A stretch of 64,000 nucleotides of DNA from Candidatus Doudnabacteria bacterium (GTDB taxonomy: Bacteria; Patescibacteriota; Doudnabacteria; UBA920). The stretch lies in NCBI GenBank assembly GCA_023245895.1, contig JAHFJJ010000003.1:11343-75342 (forward strand), in the 5' to 3' direction. This document shows positions 26,931-35,469 of this stretch, piece by piece. A program made the position numbers and the translations under genes. Positions within the stretch are counted from its first letter, which is position 1. Each line of letters starts with the position of its first letter. The notes under the pieces are model-generated. The model made no database searches. It saw only the letters and a program-made list of their open reading frames with translations, and was not told the DNA's origin.

Positions 26931-27839
26931 ATGGTCAATCTTGTCAATAATTCTATGCCCCAAGCCATCCATTTGGTTTCCCCTAACTTTGCCGATATTT
27001 TTGAACCGAATGTTGAAATTGGCAAGTTCCCCGACGGCGACAGTCATGTTAGGATTCCGCTAATTAACGAATGCAAAGGCCAGGAAGTTATTGTTTTCCA
27101 TAGGCTTTACCCCAAGCAGAACACCTCCCTGGTGAGTCTGCTTTTAATTTTGGATTCTTTAAGGGACATTGGCGCGCAAAAAATTACCGTGGTCGCGCCT
27201 TACCTCCCCTACTCCAGGCAGGACAAGAAAAAGTTAAACGGCGAAGTCGCCAGTGCTTTCGTGGTTTGTAATTTGCTGGCGAGGGCCGGCTGCGACAAGC
27301 TGGTAGTTTTTGACTGTCATTTTTTAAAAAAAGAAGGACCGGCCAAGTTTGGCGAACTGCAAATAGAAAATATTTCCATGGGCAGGGAACTGGCCGCCTA
27401 TGCCATGAAGGAAAGTTTTGGCGGAGAGGCTTGTGAAGTAATTTCCCCGGACATGGGCGCCAACTATTTGGTTACGGACCACGGCGGCAAGTCTTACAGC
27501 AAAGTCCGCAAAGAATACGAAGGCGGCAAAATCCATTACCGCGACGTGGGGGAAATGAGCGGCGACTTTGACGTTTCGGGCAAGAACGTTTTAATTTTAG
27601 ACGACATGATAAGCACGGGCGGTACCATGATCCGCGCGCTGGAAAAGCTAACTGAAGCCGGCGCCAAAAAAATTTGCTGCGCGGCCACCCACGGCTTGTT
27701 TTTATACAATTGCATAGACAAAATTAGGAAGCTTACCGACTGCGTCTATTCCACGGACACAATACAAAACCCCCACAGCGCTGTTTCCATTGCGGAAAAG
27801 CTGGTTGCAATTACCGAGCAGAACCTTAAGTTATTTTAA
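26931..27839 (+). CDS. prs: Ribose-phosphate pyrophosphokinase (PRPP synthetase family)
   Basis: PRPP synthetase N-domain (FPDGDSHVRIP) and PRPP-binding loop (LILDDMISTGGT). Start may instead be the ATG at 26955. Confidence 0.7.
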   Translation: MVNLVNNSMPQAIHLVSPNFADIFEPNVEIGKFPDGDSHVRIPLINECKGQEVIVFHRLYPKQNTSLVSLLLILDSLRDIGAQKITVVAPYLPYSRQDKKKLNGEVASAFVVCNLLARAGCDKLVVFDCHFLKKEGPAKFGELQIENISMGRELAAYAMKESFGGEACEVISPDMGANYLVTDHGGKSYSKVRKEYEGGKIHYRDVGEMSGDFDVSGKNVLILDDMISTGGTMIRALEKLTEAGAKKICCAATHGLFLYNCIDKIRKLTDCVYSTDTIQNPHSAVSIAEKLVAITEQNLKLF

Positions 27840-27840
27840 T

Positions 27841-28488
27841 ATGGCGGATTATCAAAGGGAAGTCGCGAAAAGTTTGCTGAAAATCGGCGCGGTTGGGTTT
27901 AAGCCCAAAGAGCCGGTTACTTTTAAATCCGGTATTGTTTCCCCAGTCTATGTAGATAACAGAAGATTTCCTTTTCATCCGGAAGAATGGCGGATAGTAA
28001 TTGAGGGGTTTAAGGCATTAATTGAGCGCGATAATATCTCGGCTGATATTATAGCGGGCGTGGAAGCGGCAGGTATACCCCACAGCGCGGCTTTGGGGTT
28101 TTTTATGCAAAAACCCTCGGTCTTTGTACGCAAAGAAGTTAAAGGTTACGGACTAAACAAAAGGGTTGAAGGCGGAGATATTTCAGGCAAAAAAGTTTTA
28201 TTAATAGAAGACTTGGTTTCCACAGGCTCCAGCAGCTTATCTGTGGTTGAAGCAATGAGAAATGAAGGCGGAGTCGTTGAAGATTTGATAATAATAGTAA
28301 CCTACGGCTTTAAGGAATCGGCGGAAGCTTTTGAAAAAGCTAAAATAAACTTGCATACCCTTACATCTTTCCCGATAATTTTAGACGAAGCATTGGCCAT
28401 GAATAAATTAACAGGTGATGAAAAAGCATCGGTGGAAGATTGGCTACAGGAGCCTCACGGTTGGGCGGCCAGGAATAATTTTAAATAA
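27841..28488 (+). CDS. pyrE: Orotate phosphoribosyltransferase
   Basis: PRTase type I motif VLLIEDLVSTGSS. N-terminal MADYQREVAKSLLKIGAV typical of OPRTase. The ORF-track start at 27790 overlaps prs, so the ATG at 27841 is preferred. Confidence 0.7.
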   Translation: MADYQREVAKSLLKIGAVGFKPKEPVTFKSGIVSPVYVDNRRFPFHPEEWRIVIEGFKALIERDNISADIIAGVEAAGIPHSAALGFFMQKPSVFVRKEVKGYGLNKRVEGGDISGKKVLLIEDLVSTGSSSLSVVEAMRNEGGVVEDLIIIVTYGFKESAEAFEKAKINLHTLTSFPIILDEALAMNKLTGDEKASVEDWLQEPHGWAARNNFK

Positions 28489-28520
28489 AATGTACCTCAC
28501 TATTTCACGGCCGTGAAATA

Positions 28521-29396
28521 GTGAGGTTGTTGAATGGTATGATAATCGATAAATACAATCAGCGAGTTCAAAATTCTCATTCCCTGCTATGCGTGGGGCT
28601 GGATGCGGATTTTGAAAAAATCCCGTCATCTTTTAAAGAAAAGGAATTCCCGCAGTTTGAGTTTAACAAATGGATTATTGACCAGACGGCGGAATTTGCC
28701 GCGGCCTTTAAGCCCAACTCGGCTTTTTATGAAGGGCAGGGCGACCAAGGCATTAAAGAGCTGAAGATGACAATGGAGCACCTTCAGCAAAAACACCCTG
28801 ACATTTTTACCATTTTAGACGCCAAGCGCGCGGACATTGGCAACACCAACAACGGCTATGTGGCTTCAATCTTTGACTGGCTGGGTTTTGACGCAGTTAC
28901 CCTGCATCCTTATTTGGGCAAAGAGGCTTTAAAGCCGTTTTTGGACAGGAAAGATAAAATATCCATCATCTTATGTAGGACTTCTAATCCTGGAGCGGGA
29001 GAATTTCAAGACTTAAGCATTTTACCCCCTCTCCCCCTGGCCTTCGGCTCTGAAGCTCAGGCTCGAAGAGGAGAGGGCCGGGGTGAGGGTCAAAAGCTTT
29101 CGCTAGTAGTTGCTGAAAAAGTTTCCAAGGAATGGAACACAAATAATAATTGCATGTTAGTAGTCGGCGCGACTTATCCGGAAGAAATGCAGGCCATAAG
29201 GGTCATTGCCGGCGATATGACTTTTTTGGTGCCCGGTATTGGCGCGCAGGGCGGCGATGTTGAAGCCGCGGTAAGGGCCGGCATTAACTCGCAAAAAATG
29301 GGGATGATAATTAACTCGTCACGTGGGATTATTTTTGCGGAAAATCCCGCGGAAGAAGCCAAGAAGTTAAGGGATGAAATTAATAAATACAGGTAG
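28521..29396 (+). CDS. pyrF: Orotidine-5'-phosphate decarboxylase (type 2), carrying an in-frame 66-bp repeat insertion
   Basis: LLCVGLDAD...DAKRADIGNT motifs of type-2 OMP decarboxylase. Residues PLPLAFGSEAQARRGEGRGEGQ are encoded by the family A repeat at 29025-29090. Confidence 0.7.
   Translation: MRLLNGMIIDKYNQRVQNSHSLLCVGLDADFEKIPSSFKEKEFPQFEFNKWIIDQTAEFAAAFKPNSAFYEGQGDQGIKELKMTMEHLQQKHPDIFTILDAKRADIGNTNNGYVASIFDWLGFDAVTLHPYLGKEALKPFLDRKDKISIILCRTSNPGAGEFQDLSILPPLPLAFGSEAQARRGEGRGEGQKLSLVVAEKVSKEWNTNNNCMLVVGATYPEEMQAIRVIAGDMTFLVPGIGAQGGDVEAAVRAGINSQKMGMIINSSRGIIFAENPAEEAKKLRDEINKYR
29025..29090. repeat. Family A GC-rich palindromic repeat (ccccctctccc ... ggagagggccggggtgagggt) inside pyrF, in frame
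   Basis: Same termini as the copy at 33284-33318 (inside rbfA) and a related copy at 33494-33590. 66 bp = 22 codons. Confidence 0.75.
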
Positions 29397-29520
29397 TAAT
29401 CGCGAATATACAAATTTACAGTAATATACGAAGCTAAAAGTCGTAATCTATGCTAAATTTTTTAACGCGTTACTGGTCACGGTTTTGTATATTAATTTAA
29501 GATTCGTATATTCGCGATTA
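29395..29520. repeat. Inverted repeat pair (gtaatcgcgaatatacaaat ... attcgtatattcgcgattac) bracketing the pyrF-pyrD intergenic spacer
   Basis: ~19-bp arms with one mismatch, ~85 bp apart. Confidence 0.5.
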
Positions 29521-29522
29521 CT

Positions 29523-30587
29523 ATGTATAAACTAATCCGCCCACTATTATTCGGCATTTCAAAAGACCCTGAAACAGTGCATAATTTGGCACTGTCTTTT
29601 TTAAGGCTGGGAGGAGTTTTTCCTATACCATCAGCCATTAAGTTTTTTACAAAAGTTGATGATGAAATTTTGAAACAAAAAGTATTTGGTTTGGAGTTTA
29701 AAAATCCTGTTGGCCTGGCCGCCGGGTTTGAAAAAGACGGTAAGGGTTTGCCGGGTTTGGAAGCTTTGGGTTTTGGGTTTGTAGAATTAGGAGGCTATAC
29801 TAAATTGCCTCAGCCGGGCAACCCCCGCCAAAGGATTTTTCGTTTGGCCAAAGATTTTGGTTTAATAAACAGGATGGGTTTCCCGAATTTTGGGGCTGAT
29901 GAGGCGGCTAAGAATCTATCTAAAGTAAAAAACCTAAGTATGCCTTTAGGCATAAATTTGGCTAAATCTAAAATTACCCCGAATGAACACGCCGTAGAGG
30001 ATTATTTATACTCTTTTTCCAAACTGTATGATTATGCGGACTATTTTGTTATTAACGTCAGTTCCCCAAACACTCCGGGCTTGCGGAAGCTGCAGAGTAA
30101 AGAATTTTTAACCGGAATTATTTCCGCGGTAGTTGGTTATAGGGACAGGCAAACTGTAAAGAAGCCCATTCTCATTAAAACCGTGATTGATTTTTCTTTT
30201 GCCGAGGTTGATGAGCTTTTGGGAGTTTGCGAAAACTATAACATTGCCGGAATTGTTTGTACCAATACCAGTACGAGCCGTGAAGGCTTAAAGACACAAA
30301 TTAACGAAATGGGAGGGCTGTCCGGAATGCCGGTCAAGCAAAAGGCAACAGAACTAATTAGATACATCCATAAGGCCAACCCGAAACTTGTTATTATTGG
30401 TTTGGGCGGGATTTTTACGGTAGAAGATGCTTACGAGAAAATAAAAGCCGGAGCGTCGCTAGTCCAAATTTTTACGGGTTTTATTTACGAAGGGCCGTTT
30501 GTGGTGAAAAAAATTAACCAGGGCTTGGCCAGGCTTTTAAAAAGGGACGGGTTTAAAAATATTAGCGAGGCTGTTGGCAAAGAATAG
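29523..30587 (+). CDS. pyrD: Dihydroorotate dehydrogenase (quinone), class 2
   Basis: N-terminal membrane-association helix, NPVGLAAGFDK motif, GGI..GFI region; 354 aa. Confidence 0.75.
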   Translation: MYKLIRPLLFGISKDPETVHNLALSFLRLGGVFPIPSAIKFFTKVDDEILKQKVFGLEFKNPVGLAAGFEKDGKGLPGLEALGFGFVELGGYTKLPQPGNPRQRIFRLAKDFGLINRMGFPNFGADEAAKNLSKVKNLSMPLGINLAKSKITPNEHAVEDYLYSFSKLYDYADYFVINVSSPNTPGLRKLQSKEFLTGIISAVVGYRDRQTVKKPILIKTVIDFSFAEVDELLGVCENYNIAGIVCTNTSTSREGLKTQINEMGGLSGMPVKQKATELIRYIHKANPKLVIIGLGGIFTVEDAYEKIKAGASLVQIFTGFIYEGPFVVKKINQGLARLLKRDGFKNISEAVGKE

Positions 30588-30593
30588 TCCTAA

Positions 30594-30630
30594 CAAGGGG
30601 AATCCTTGCGTAGCGCAAGGATTCCCCTTG
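30594..30630. repeat. Family D 37-bp perfect hairpin (caaggggaatccttgcg-tagc-gcaaggattccccttg), copy 1; also acts as the pyrD terminator
   Basis: Identical stem at 52725-52761. Confidence 0.75.
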
Positions 30631-30680
30631 TTTTTGGTACTAAGCTGTTATATAATTGATAGGCAAATTTAATATGTTAA

Positions 30681-30766
30681 GCCCGGGTGGCGAAATGGCA
30701 GACGCACTACCTTGAGGTGGTAGCGACCGCAAGGTCATGGGAGTTCGACTCTCCCCTCGGGCACCA
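30681..30766 (+). tRNA. tRNA-Leu (anticodon GAG), long variable arm, encoded CCA
   Basis: Acceptor gcccggg/ctcgggc, anticodon stem ctacc/ggtag, loop ttGAGgt, 15-nt variable arm, T-arm gggag-ttcgact-ctccc. Confidence 0.8.
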
Positions 30767-30980
30767 TGAACCAGTCGCTCACTGCGTTCACTCCGGTTCA
30801 TGGCACAGCCACGAACCGGGCAACCACGCTGTGAGTGATAATGGGCGACTGGTTCATGCAGTGTACCTGAGGCCCGCAAAGCGGGACGAATGGTTCACTG
30901 CTGTACGTGGCGCAGCCATGTGCGCGATAGAGTGATGAGTGCCCTGTACCTGAAGCCCGAAGGGGTGAATGGTTCAGGGC
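30767..30980 (+). repeat. tRNA-3'-adjacent structured element, copy 1 (long nested inverted repeats beginning tgaacca immediately after CCA)
   Basis: Shares ttcactccg(g)ttca..tcatggcac, gtgaatggttca and ccctgtacc motifs with the element 3' of tRNA-Ala(CGC) at 56811-56918 and with the partial copy at 63974-64000. Confidence 0.6.
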
Positions 30981-31004
30981 AGACAGACAATAAATTTTAT
31001 TTTT

Positions 31005-31298
31005 ATGCCAGACAACGAAAAATTTGAATCAACTGAATTTGAGCGGTTTTTGGAAAAGTATGAAGTCCACAGGATCCGAGAAACTTTTAAGGAAAGGGTT
31101 TTAACCATCGTAATCGCTTCTTTGGGCTTGATAGCGGCTTTGGCGTGGGATGACGCTTTAAAACACCTGTTTGAAAAATTATTCGGCGGGGAAGCGTCTT
31201 TGGCAGAAGAAGTTTTGTACGCTTTAATAATAACCATTGTCGCGGCCGCGGTGTCTGTATATTTAGCCAAGCTTTATAATAAAAGAGAAGAAAAATAG
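31005..31298 (+). CDS. Hypothetical small membrane protein (two TM helices)
   Basis: ORF track starts at 30969 inside the repeat element. The ATG at 31005 (MPDNEKF...) is more plausible. Confidence 0.4.
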   Translation: MPDNEKFESTEFERFLEKYEVHRIRETFKERVLTIVIASLGLIAALAWDDALKHLFEKLFGGEASLAEEVLYALIITIVAAAVSVYLAKLYNKREEK

Positions 31299-31300
31299 CC

Positions 31301-31867
31301 ATGTTAAACATTCCCGTAATTTTAGGAAGTGTGCGTGAGGGCAGGAACAGCGAAAAACCCGCTAAGTTTTTGATTGAAAAAATTACCGCATTAGGACACC
31401 AAACTCAACTGGTGGATTTTAAGGAAATGCCTTTGCCGTTTTTTGACTCCGCGTTAACCCCGGTTGCAATGAAGGGTGTGTATCCTTATCCCAATGTCCA
31501 AAAGTGGAGCGGGATTGCCCAGGCGGCGGACGCTTTTGTTTTGGTTTTTCCGGAATACAACCACGGCTATAACGCGGTAATAAAAAACGCGCTGGACTGG
31601 TTGTTTAATGAGTTTTCCAAAAAACCTTTTTTACTGTGCGGCGTTTCCGACGGCTCCTTTGGCGGGGCAAGGGCAATTGAGCAAATGCGGCCCATCGTCG
31701 AAAATTTTAGGGCCGTCGCAATTCGTGAAGCCATAACTTTTTCCAAGGCGGACAAGTTGTTTGACGCTGAAGGAAAGTTACTTGATGAAAGCTATAATAA
31801 AAGAATTGACAGTTCTCTGGAAAATTTGGTTTGGTGGGCCGAAGCTCTTAAAAAAGCCAGGGAGTAG
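31301..31867 (+). CDS. NAD(P)H-dependent FMN reductase (flavodoxin-like fold)
   Basis: MLNIPVILGSVREGRNSEK...YNHGY motif typical of NADPH-dependent FMN reductases. Confidence 0.65.
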   Translation: MLNIPVILGSVREGRNSEKPAKFLIEKITALGHQTQLVDFKEMPLPFFDSALTPVAMKGVYPYPNVQKWSGIAQAADAFVLVFPEYNHGYNAVIKNALDWLFNEFSKKPFLLCGVSDGSFGGARAIEQMRPIVENFRAVAIREAITFSKADKLFDAEGKLLDESYNKRIDSSLENLVWWAEALKKARE

Positions 31868-31904
31868 CTTCTTCTACTAAATACTAAAATTTACTAAAAA
31901 TACT

Positions 31905-31932
31905 AAAAAACCCACAGAGGTGGGTTTTTTAG
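31905..31932 (+). terminator. Rho-independent terminator
   Basis: aaaaacccacagaggtgggttttttag. Confidence 0.6.
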
Positions 31933-31957
31933 TATTAATTTCGTATTTAGCAGAAGA

Positions 31958-31982
31958 GATCCCTCGGCTGCACTCGGGATGG
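31958..31982. repeat. Family B repeat fragment (gatccctcggctgcactcgggatgg)
   Basis: Same sequence as the right terminus of the 32965-33060 element. Confidence 0.5.
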
Positions 31983-32006
31983 TTTGTCTATATTAATTTA
32001 ATAAGG

Positions 32007-32957
32007 TCAAACCACTTTCCACTTCCCCGCCTCATCCTTCACCAGCTTGCCCGCAACAGAAAAGCCCGATGCCAGCTTATGTCCGCCGCCGCCAAAGGCG
32101 TGGGCGATTTTGGAAACATCTATATTTTTAAACGGGTCGCTCCTAAGGCTGCCTTTTATAATTGGCCCGTCCTGCCTTAAGAACATGGCAAACTTGGCTT
32201 CGGGCATGGTGTTTAGGGTTTCGGTAAAGCCTTCAAAGGCGGCCCCGGGCAGGTTTTTAAATTCCGCCAAGTCTTTTTCCGTCATGACGGAATAAATTAT
32301 TTTATTTTTTTTGTCGTAATAGGAGTTTTCCATGGCCTTGCCCCAGGCTTTAAGCACTTGGGGTGATTTGCTGTTATAAGTATTTTTGATAATTTTACTT
32401 ATATGCGCGCCTTTGCGCATTAGCTCGGCCGCCGCGTCCATGGTGGAACTTTGGGTGTTGGAATGCATAAAACTGCCGGTGTCGGTAATAATGCCGGTCA
32501 GCAAACAGGTCGCGACTTCTTTGGTAATCACCCAATTATTAAAAAGGAAAAATTCGTAAATTAATTCCGCGACCGAAGATTTTTTATGGTCAACTACATT
32601 GACATGGCCAAATTGGCTGTTGTCCGGATGGTGGTCTATGTTTACTATTGGCACGTCCAGCGACATAACTTTTTCACTGCCGCAGCGCACTTTTGAAGAA
32701 CAGCCAAAAGTTATTAATAAGTCAAAATTATGATGGTCTATGTCATCCTGGATTTTTTCGCTCCCCGGCAAAAAGCTTAAGGCCGGAGGCACGCCTTTTT
32801 TTATGGCGTAAGTTACAACCTTGCCCATTTTTTCCAACTGGTGCCCCATAGCCAAAAGCGCGCCGCCGTCGTCCCCGTCCATGCGTTCGTGCATGGTTAG
32901 CAGGATGCGGTGGGAGTCGTTTATGAGTTCTGTGGCTTTTTGGAATTCTTTTTGCAT
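32007..32957 (-). CDS. nrnA: DHH-DHHA1 phosphoesterase, NrnA-like bifunctional oligoribonuclease/pAp phosphatase
   Basis: DHH motif (DHH at IVNIDHHPDN), GGGH motif near the C-terminus (AFGGGGHKLASG), 316 aa. Confidence 0.7.
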   Translation of the reverse strand: MQKEFQKATELINDSHRILLTMHERMDGDDGGALLAMGHQLEKMGKVVTYAIKKGVPPALSFLPGSEKIQDDIDHHNFDLLITFGCSSKVRCGSEKVMSLDVPIVNIDHHPDNSQFGHVNVVDHKKSSVAELIYEFFLFNNWVITKEVATCLLTGIITDTGSFMHSNTQSSTMDAAAELMRKGAHISKIIKNTYNSKSPQVLKAWGKAMENSYYDKKNKIIYSVMTEKDLAEFKNLPGAAFEGFTETLNTMPEAKFAMFLRQDGPIIKGSLRSDPFKNIDVSKIAHAFGGGGHKLASGFSVAGKLVKDEAGKWKVV

Positions 32958-32964
32958 AAAAAGT

Positions 32965-33060
32965 GTGTCATTCCGAGCGAGTGCATCCGAGAGAGGAATC
33001 TCTTACATCCGATAATCCACCAGTGTTAAGGGATCCCTCGGCTGCACTCGGGATGACACA
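32965..33060. repeat. Family B MITE-like element with terminal inverted repeats gtgtcattccgagcgagtgcatccgag ... ctcggctgcactcgggatgacac, filling the rbfA-nrnA intergenic region
   Basis: Related copies at 60007-60112, 60632-60706 (inside a CDS) and 61575-61645. Confidence 0.75.
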
Positions 33061-33067
33061 TAGAAGG

Positions 33068-33502
33068 TTACTCTTCTTCATGTATTTCCCTAATCAGCTC
33101 ATCTATATGCTGTACATACCTTGGCGAGACGTCTAAATGGAAAGAAATGCGCGGAATTATTTTGGTGTGGAAGTGTTTGTTAACTTCGCCTTGGATGTCG
33201 TAAATATTTTTGGCCAAAAAGTCCATAATTTTTTTGTCCAAAGATGGGTTAGCCAGAGGTTTTTTATCAACCGAGGATTTAACCCCCTCTCCCTCTGGGA
33301 GAGGGCCGGGGTGAGGGTTTACAGCATGGAAAATAGAAATCCAAATTTTCGCCCACTTCATGTCTTTGGACGTTTCCACTTTAGTAATAGTTACCAGCGC
33401 GTCAAAGTCCTCTAAAAATTCCAGTAAAACCGGCCCCAGTTCATGCTGGATAAGCGAGTTAACTTTGGCTATGCGGTTGGTGTCTTTTTTAACTTGTTTC
33501 AT
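33068..33502 (-). CDS. rbfA: Ribosome-binding factor A, carrying an in-frame repeat-derived insertion
   Basis: KQVKKDTNRIAKVNSLIQHELGPVLL matches the RbfA N-terminal KH-like region. Residues PHPGPLPEGEGV are encoded by the family A repeat at 33284-33318. The preferred start is the ATG at 33500-33502. The longer ORF to 33541 reads into the repeat. Confidence 0.6.
   Translation of the reverse strand: MKQVKKDTNRIAKVNSLIQHELGPVLLEFLEDFDALVTITKVETSKDMKWAKIWISIFHAVNPHPGPLPEGEGVKSSVDKKPLANPSLDKKIMDFLAKNIYDIQGEVNKHFHTKIIPRISFHLDVSPRYVQHIDELIREIHEEE
33284..33318. repeat. Family A GC-rich palindromic repeat inside rbfA
   Basis: ccccctctccctctgggagagggccggggtgagggt. Confidence 0.7.
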
Positions 33503-33590
33503 TTGGTTTCCCTCTCCCTCCTTGTCCGCCATAGTCCGCATGAGGCGGACGACGGCGGATGGGAGAGGGATTAAGGGTGAGGGTTAAGAG
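33494..33590. repeat. Composite palindromic element (family A-like arms ccctctccctcc / gggagaggg around nested gtccgcc...ggcggac hairpins), immediately upstream of rbfA and at the left edge of the GC-rich island
   Basis: Read directly. Arms complementary. Confidence 0.6.
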
Positions 33591-33725
33591 GTTAGATAAT
33601 CTAATTATAACAATTAAGTATAATAAATTTTTTAAATTTTAACAAGACTGTACATATAAAAAATAAAGAAGGAGCCTGAAAATTCCAGGCTCCCTTCTGT
33701 GGTTCTTGAGAATTATTTGTCCGGA

Positions 33726-35132
33726 CTACAGCTTGGCCAGACGGTCGAGCAGGGGCTTGGCGTCCTTTCCAAAAACCTCTCTTATCCGAGCCTCGAATTG
33801 AGGCCTGAATGTGCTGCCGCTGGTGCGGGCGAGGTTTGACCGGAGGCTTGCGGCAAGATGCTTATTGTAGGCGCCGAAATCATCTTTGAGCATCTTGTCC
33901 CACACATTTTTAGGGAATTTGCCCCCGTTCTCTTTCTTAGTTTCTAAAGCCTTGATTTTCCATTCGATCTGTTCACGTTTGGAAAGGGCGTCCCAACTTT
34001 GTTTGGGTTTAGAGTTCCGTCCGCCTCGTCGGGGGGCTCGCGTTGGCTCGTGTGGTGTTGTAGGGGCCTGCGGGGAGGCAGGTGCCTCCACCACCATAAT
34101 TTTACCCCGCCGCATCAATATATCGGCGATTTCTTGGAGCGTTGTCCCGTCGCCGGTTGAGTTTTGTGCAGCCGCGAGCAGGGCTTCGAATTCCTCCAGC
34201 GCTTCTCCTCCAACCGCTGTAGCAATAGTCTGGAGCTTGTCGAACTTTAACGTGGTCATGGTCTGGCGTACCTCAGGAATTGGATGTGTGAAGACCGAGA
34301 TTACTTCGTCTTCCTTCACCCACCACAGGTTGCTGTTTACCCACTGCTCCAGCAGTGAGCGGATGTTTGCTTGCGTGAATTCTCGACCGTCGCATGCGAA
34401 GTGGAAAAGGTAAGTTCGCATCCGGGCAGGCCGTCTGGCGTTCATGAAGCGCGATACATAAACGTATCGCTCAATTCTGTCGGGAAACAAAATGTTACCG
34501 CCTTGCTGGATCATTGCTTGCAGCAATAGGACAAACAAACCAAATTCCCTTTTGGCTCCCTTGATGGGATCGAAGTGCTGCTTAAAAAATGTTGGCAAGT
34601 GGTCGGTTTTCGCTTTGGGCAGGGATTTTTGCTGGGCAATGAGCTTCTGGAAAAAAACTTCAGCCTCATCTGCGTTCAGCATTTCTTCCAAGGCCAGCTT
34701 AATTTTTCCGTGTTGCTTAATGGACTTGTTTTCCCGCGCGTCGTGTACGGTTATAGCAAGACAGCGTGCGCTGTTTTTGGCCGAAATCAGTTGCAAGGTG
34801 TTTTGGATTTCCGTAATCCTTGTTTCCGCCGTGCCGCAAAAATCCAAGTGGAAAGCATCTACGTAGGCATCTTTGCCGTGGACCTGTCTTAACCTGGACG
34901 GGAATTGCTCAAGGTTGGGGCAAAACCGGTATTGAAACCTACGGATTAAGTCATTGCCAAGGTCGTTGTCCCATTCAATAAGAAAACCCTGCTTTTCCGG
35001 AACGTTGTGCCTAAGCCAAATTTCGGCTTCAAAGCCTTTGCCGCCCAAGGTGGCCAGCTTAGCCTCAACGAGAGGCTTGAAACCGGCAATCATCTGCAAG
35101 AACATTTCAATAATTCTCTCTTTTGGTTGCAT
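33726..35132 (-). CDS. Island protein 1: large hypothetical protein (468 aa) with Pro/Arg/Lys-rich low-complexity C-terminal segment
   Basis: Long ORF with GC-rich codon usage unlike the flanking genes. No domain recognised by eye. Confidence 0.5.
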   Translation of the reverse strand: MQPKERIIEMFLQMIAGFKPLVEAKLATLGGKGFEAEIWLRHNVPEKQGFLIEWDNDLGNDLIRRFQYRFCPNLEQFPSRLRQVHGKDAYVDAFHLDFCGTAETRITEIQNTLQLISAKNSARCLAITVHDARENKSIKQHGKIKLALEEMLNADEAEVFFQKLIAQQKSLPKAKTDHLPTFFKQHFDPIKGAKREFGLFVLLLQAMIQQGGNILFPDRIERYVYVSRFMNARRPARMRTYLFHFACDGREFTQANIRSLLEQWVNSNLWWVKEDEVISVFTHPIPEVRQTMTTLKFDKLQTIATAVGGEALEEFEALLAAAQNSTGDGTTLQEIADILMRRGKIMVVEAPASPQAPTTPHEPTRAPRRGGRNSKPKQSWDALSKREQIEWKIKALETKKENGGKFPKNVWDKMLKDDFGAYNKHLAASLRSNLARTSGSTFRPQFEARIREVFGKDAKPLLDRLAKL

Positions 35133-35469
35133 GAACCCCCCTGAAAATTGTTAAAAATGCTAAACCATACTGACCAATAAGATTAATAAAAACAGCCCGA
35201 AATGTCAAGGCAAAAGTCTTTGACATAATTGCCTGTTTATGATACATTTTAAAGTCCCTTTTCTAGGGTAACGTACATAAAGGGTCTGTTGCCAAATGTC
35301 ATTTTTGCCCAAAACGAGCTTCTTTGGTAAAATTTCCTAAAAAATTTATCTGCTTACCTTCCAGGTAAACATCAAAATTTGTTTAGAAAATTTTCCTCAA
35401 ACAATCTCATTTTGTTTCAAAAAGCCCATTCGGCAACAGACCCTTAAAAATCTTTTGGAGGATAGATAA

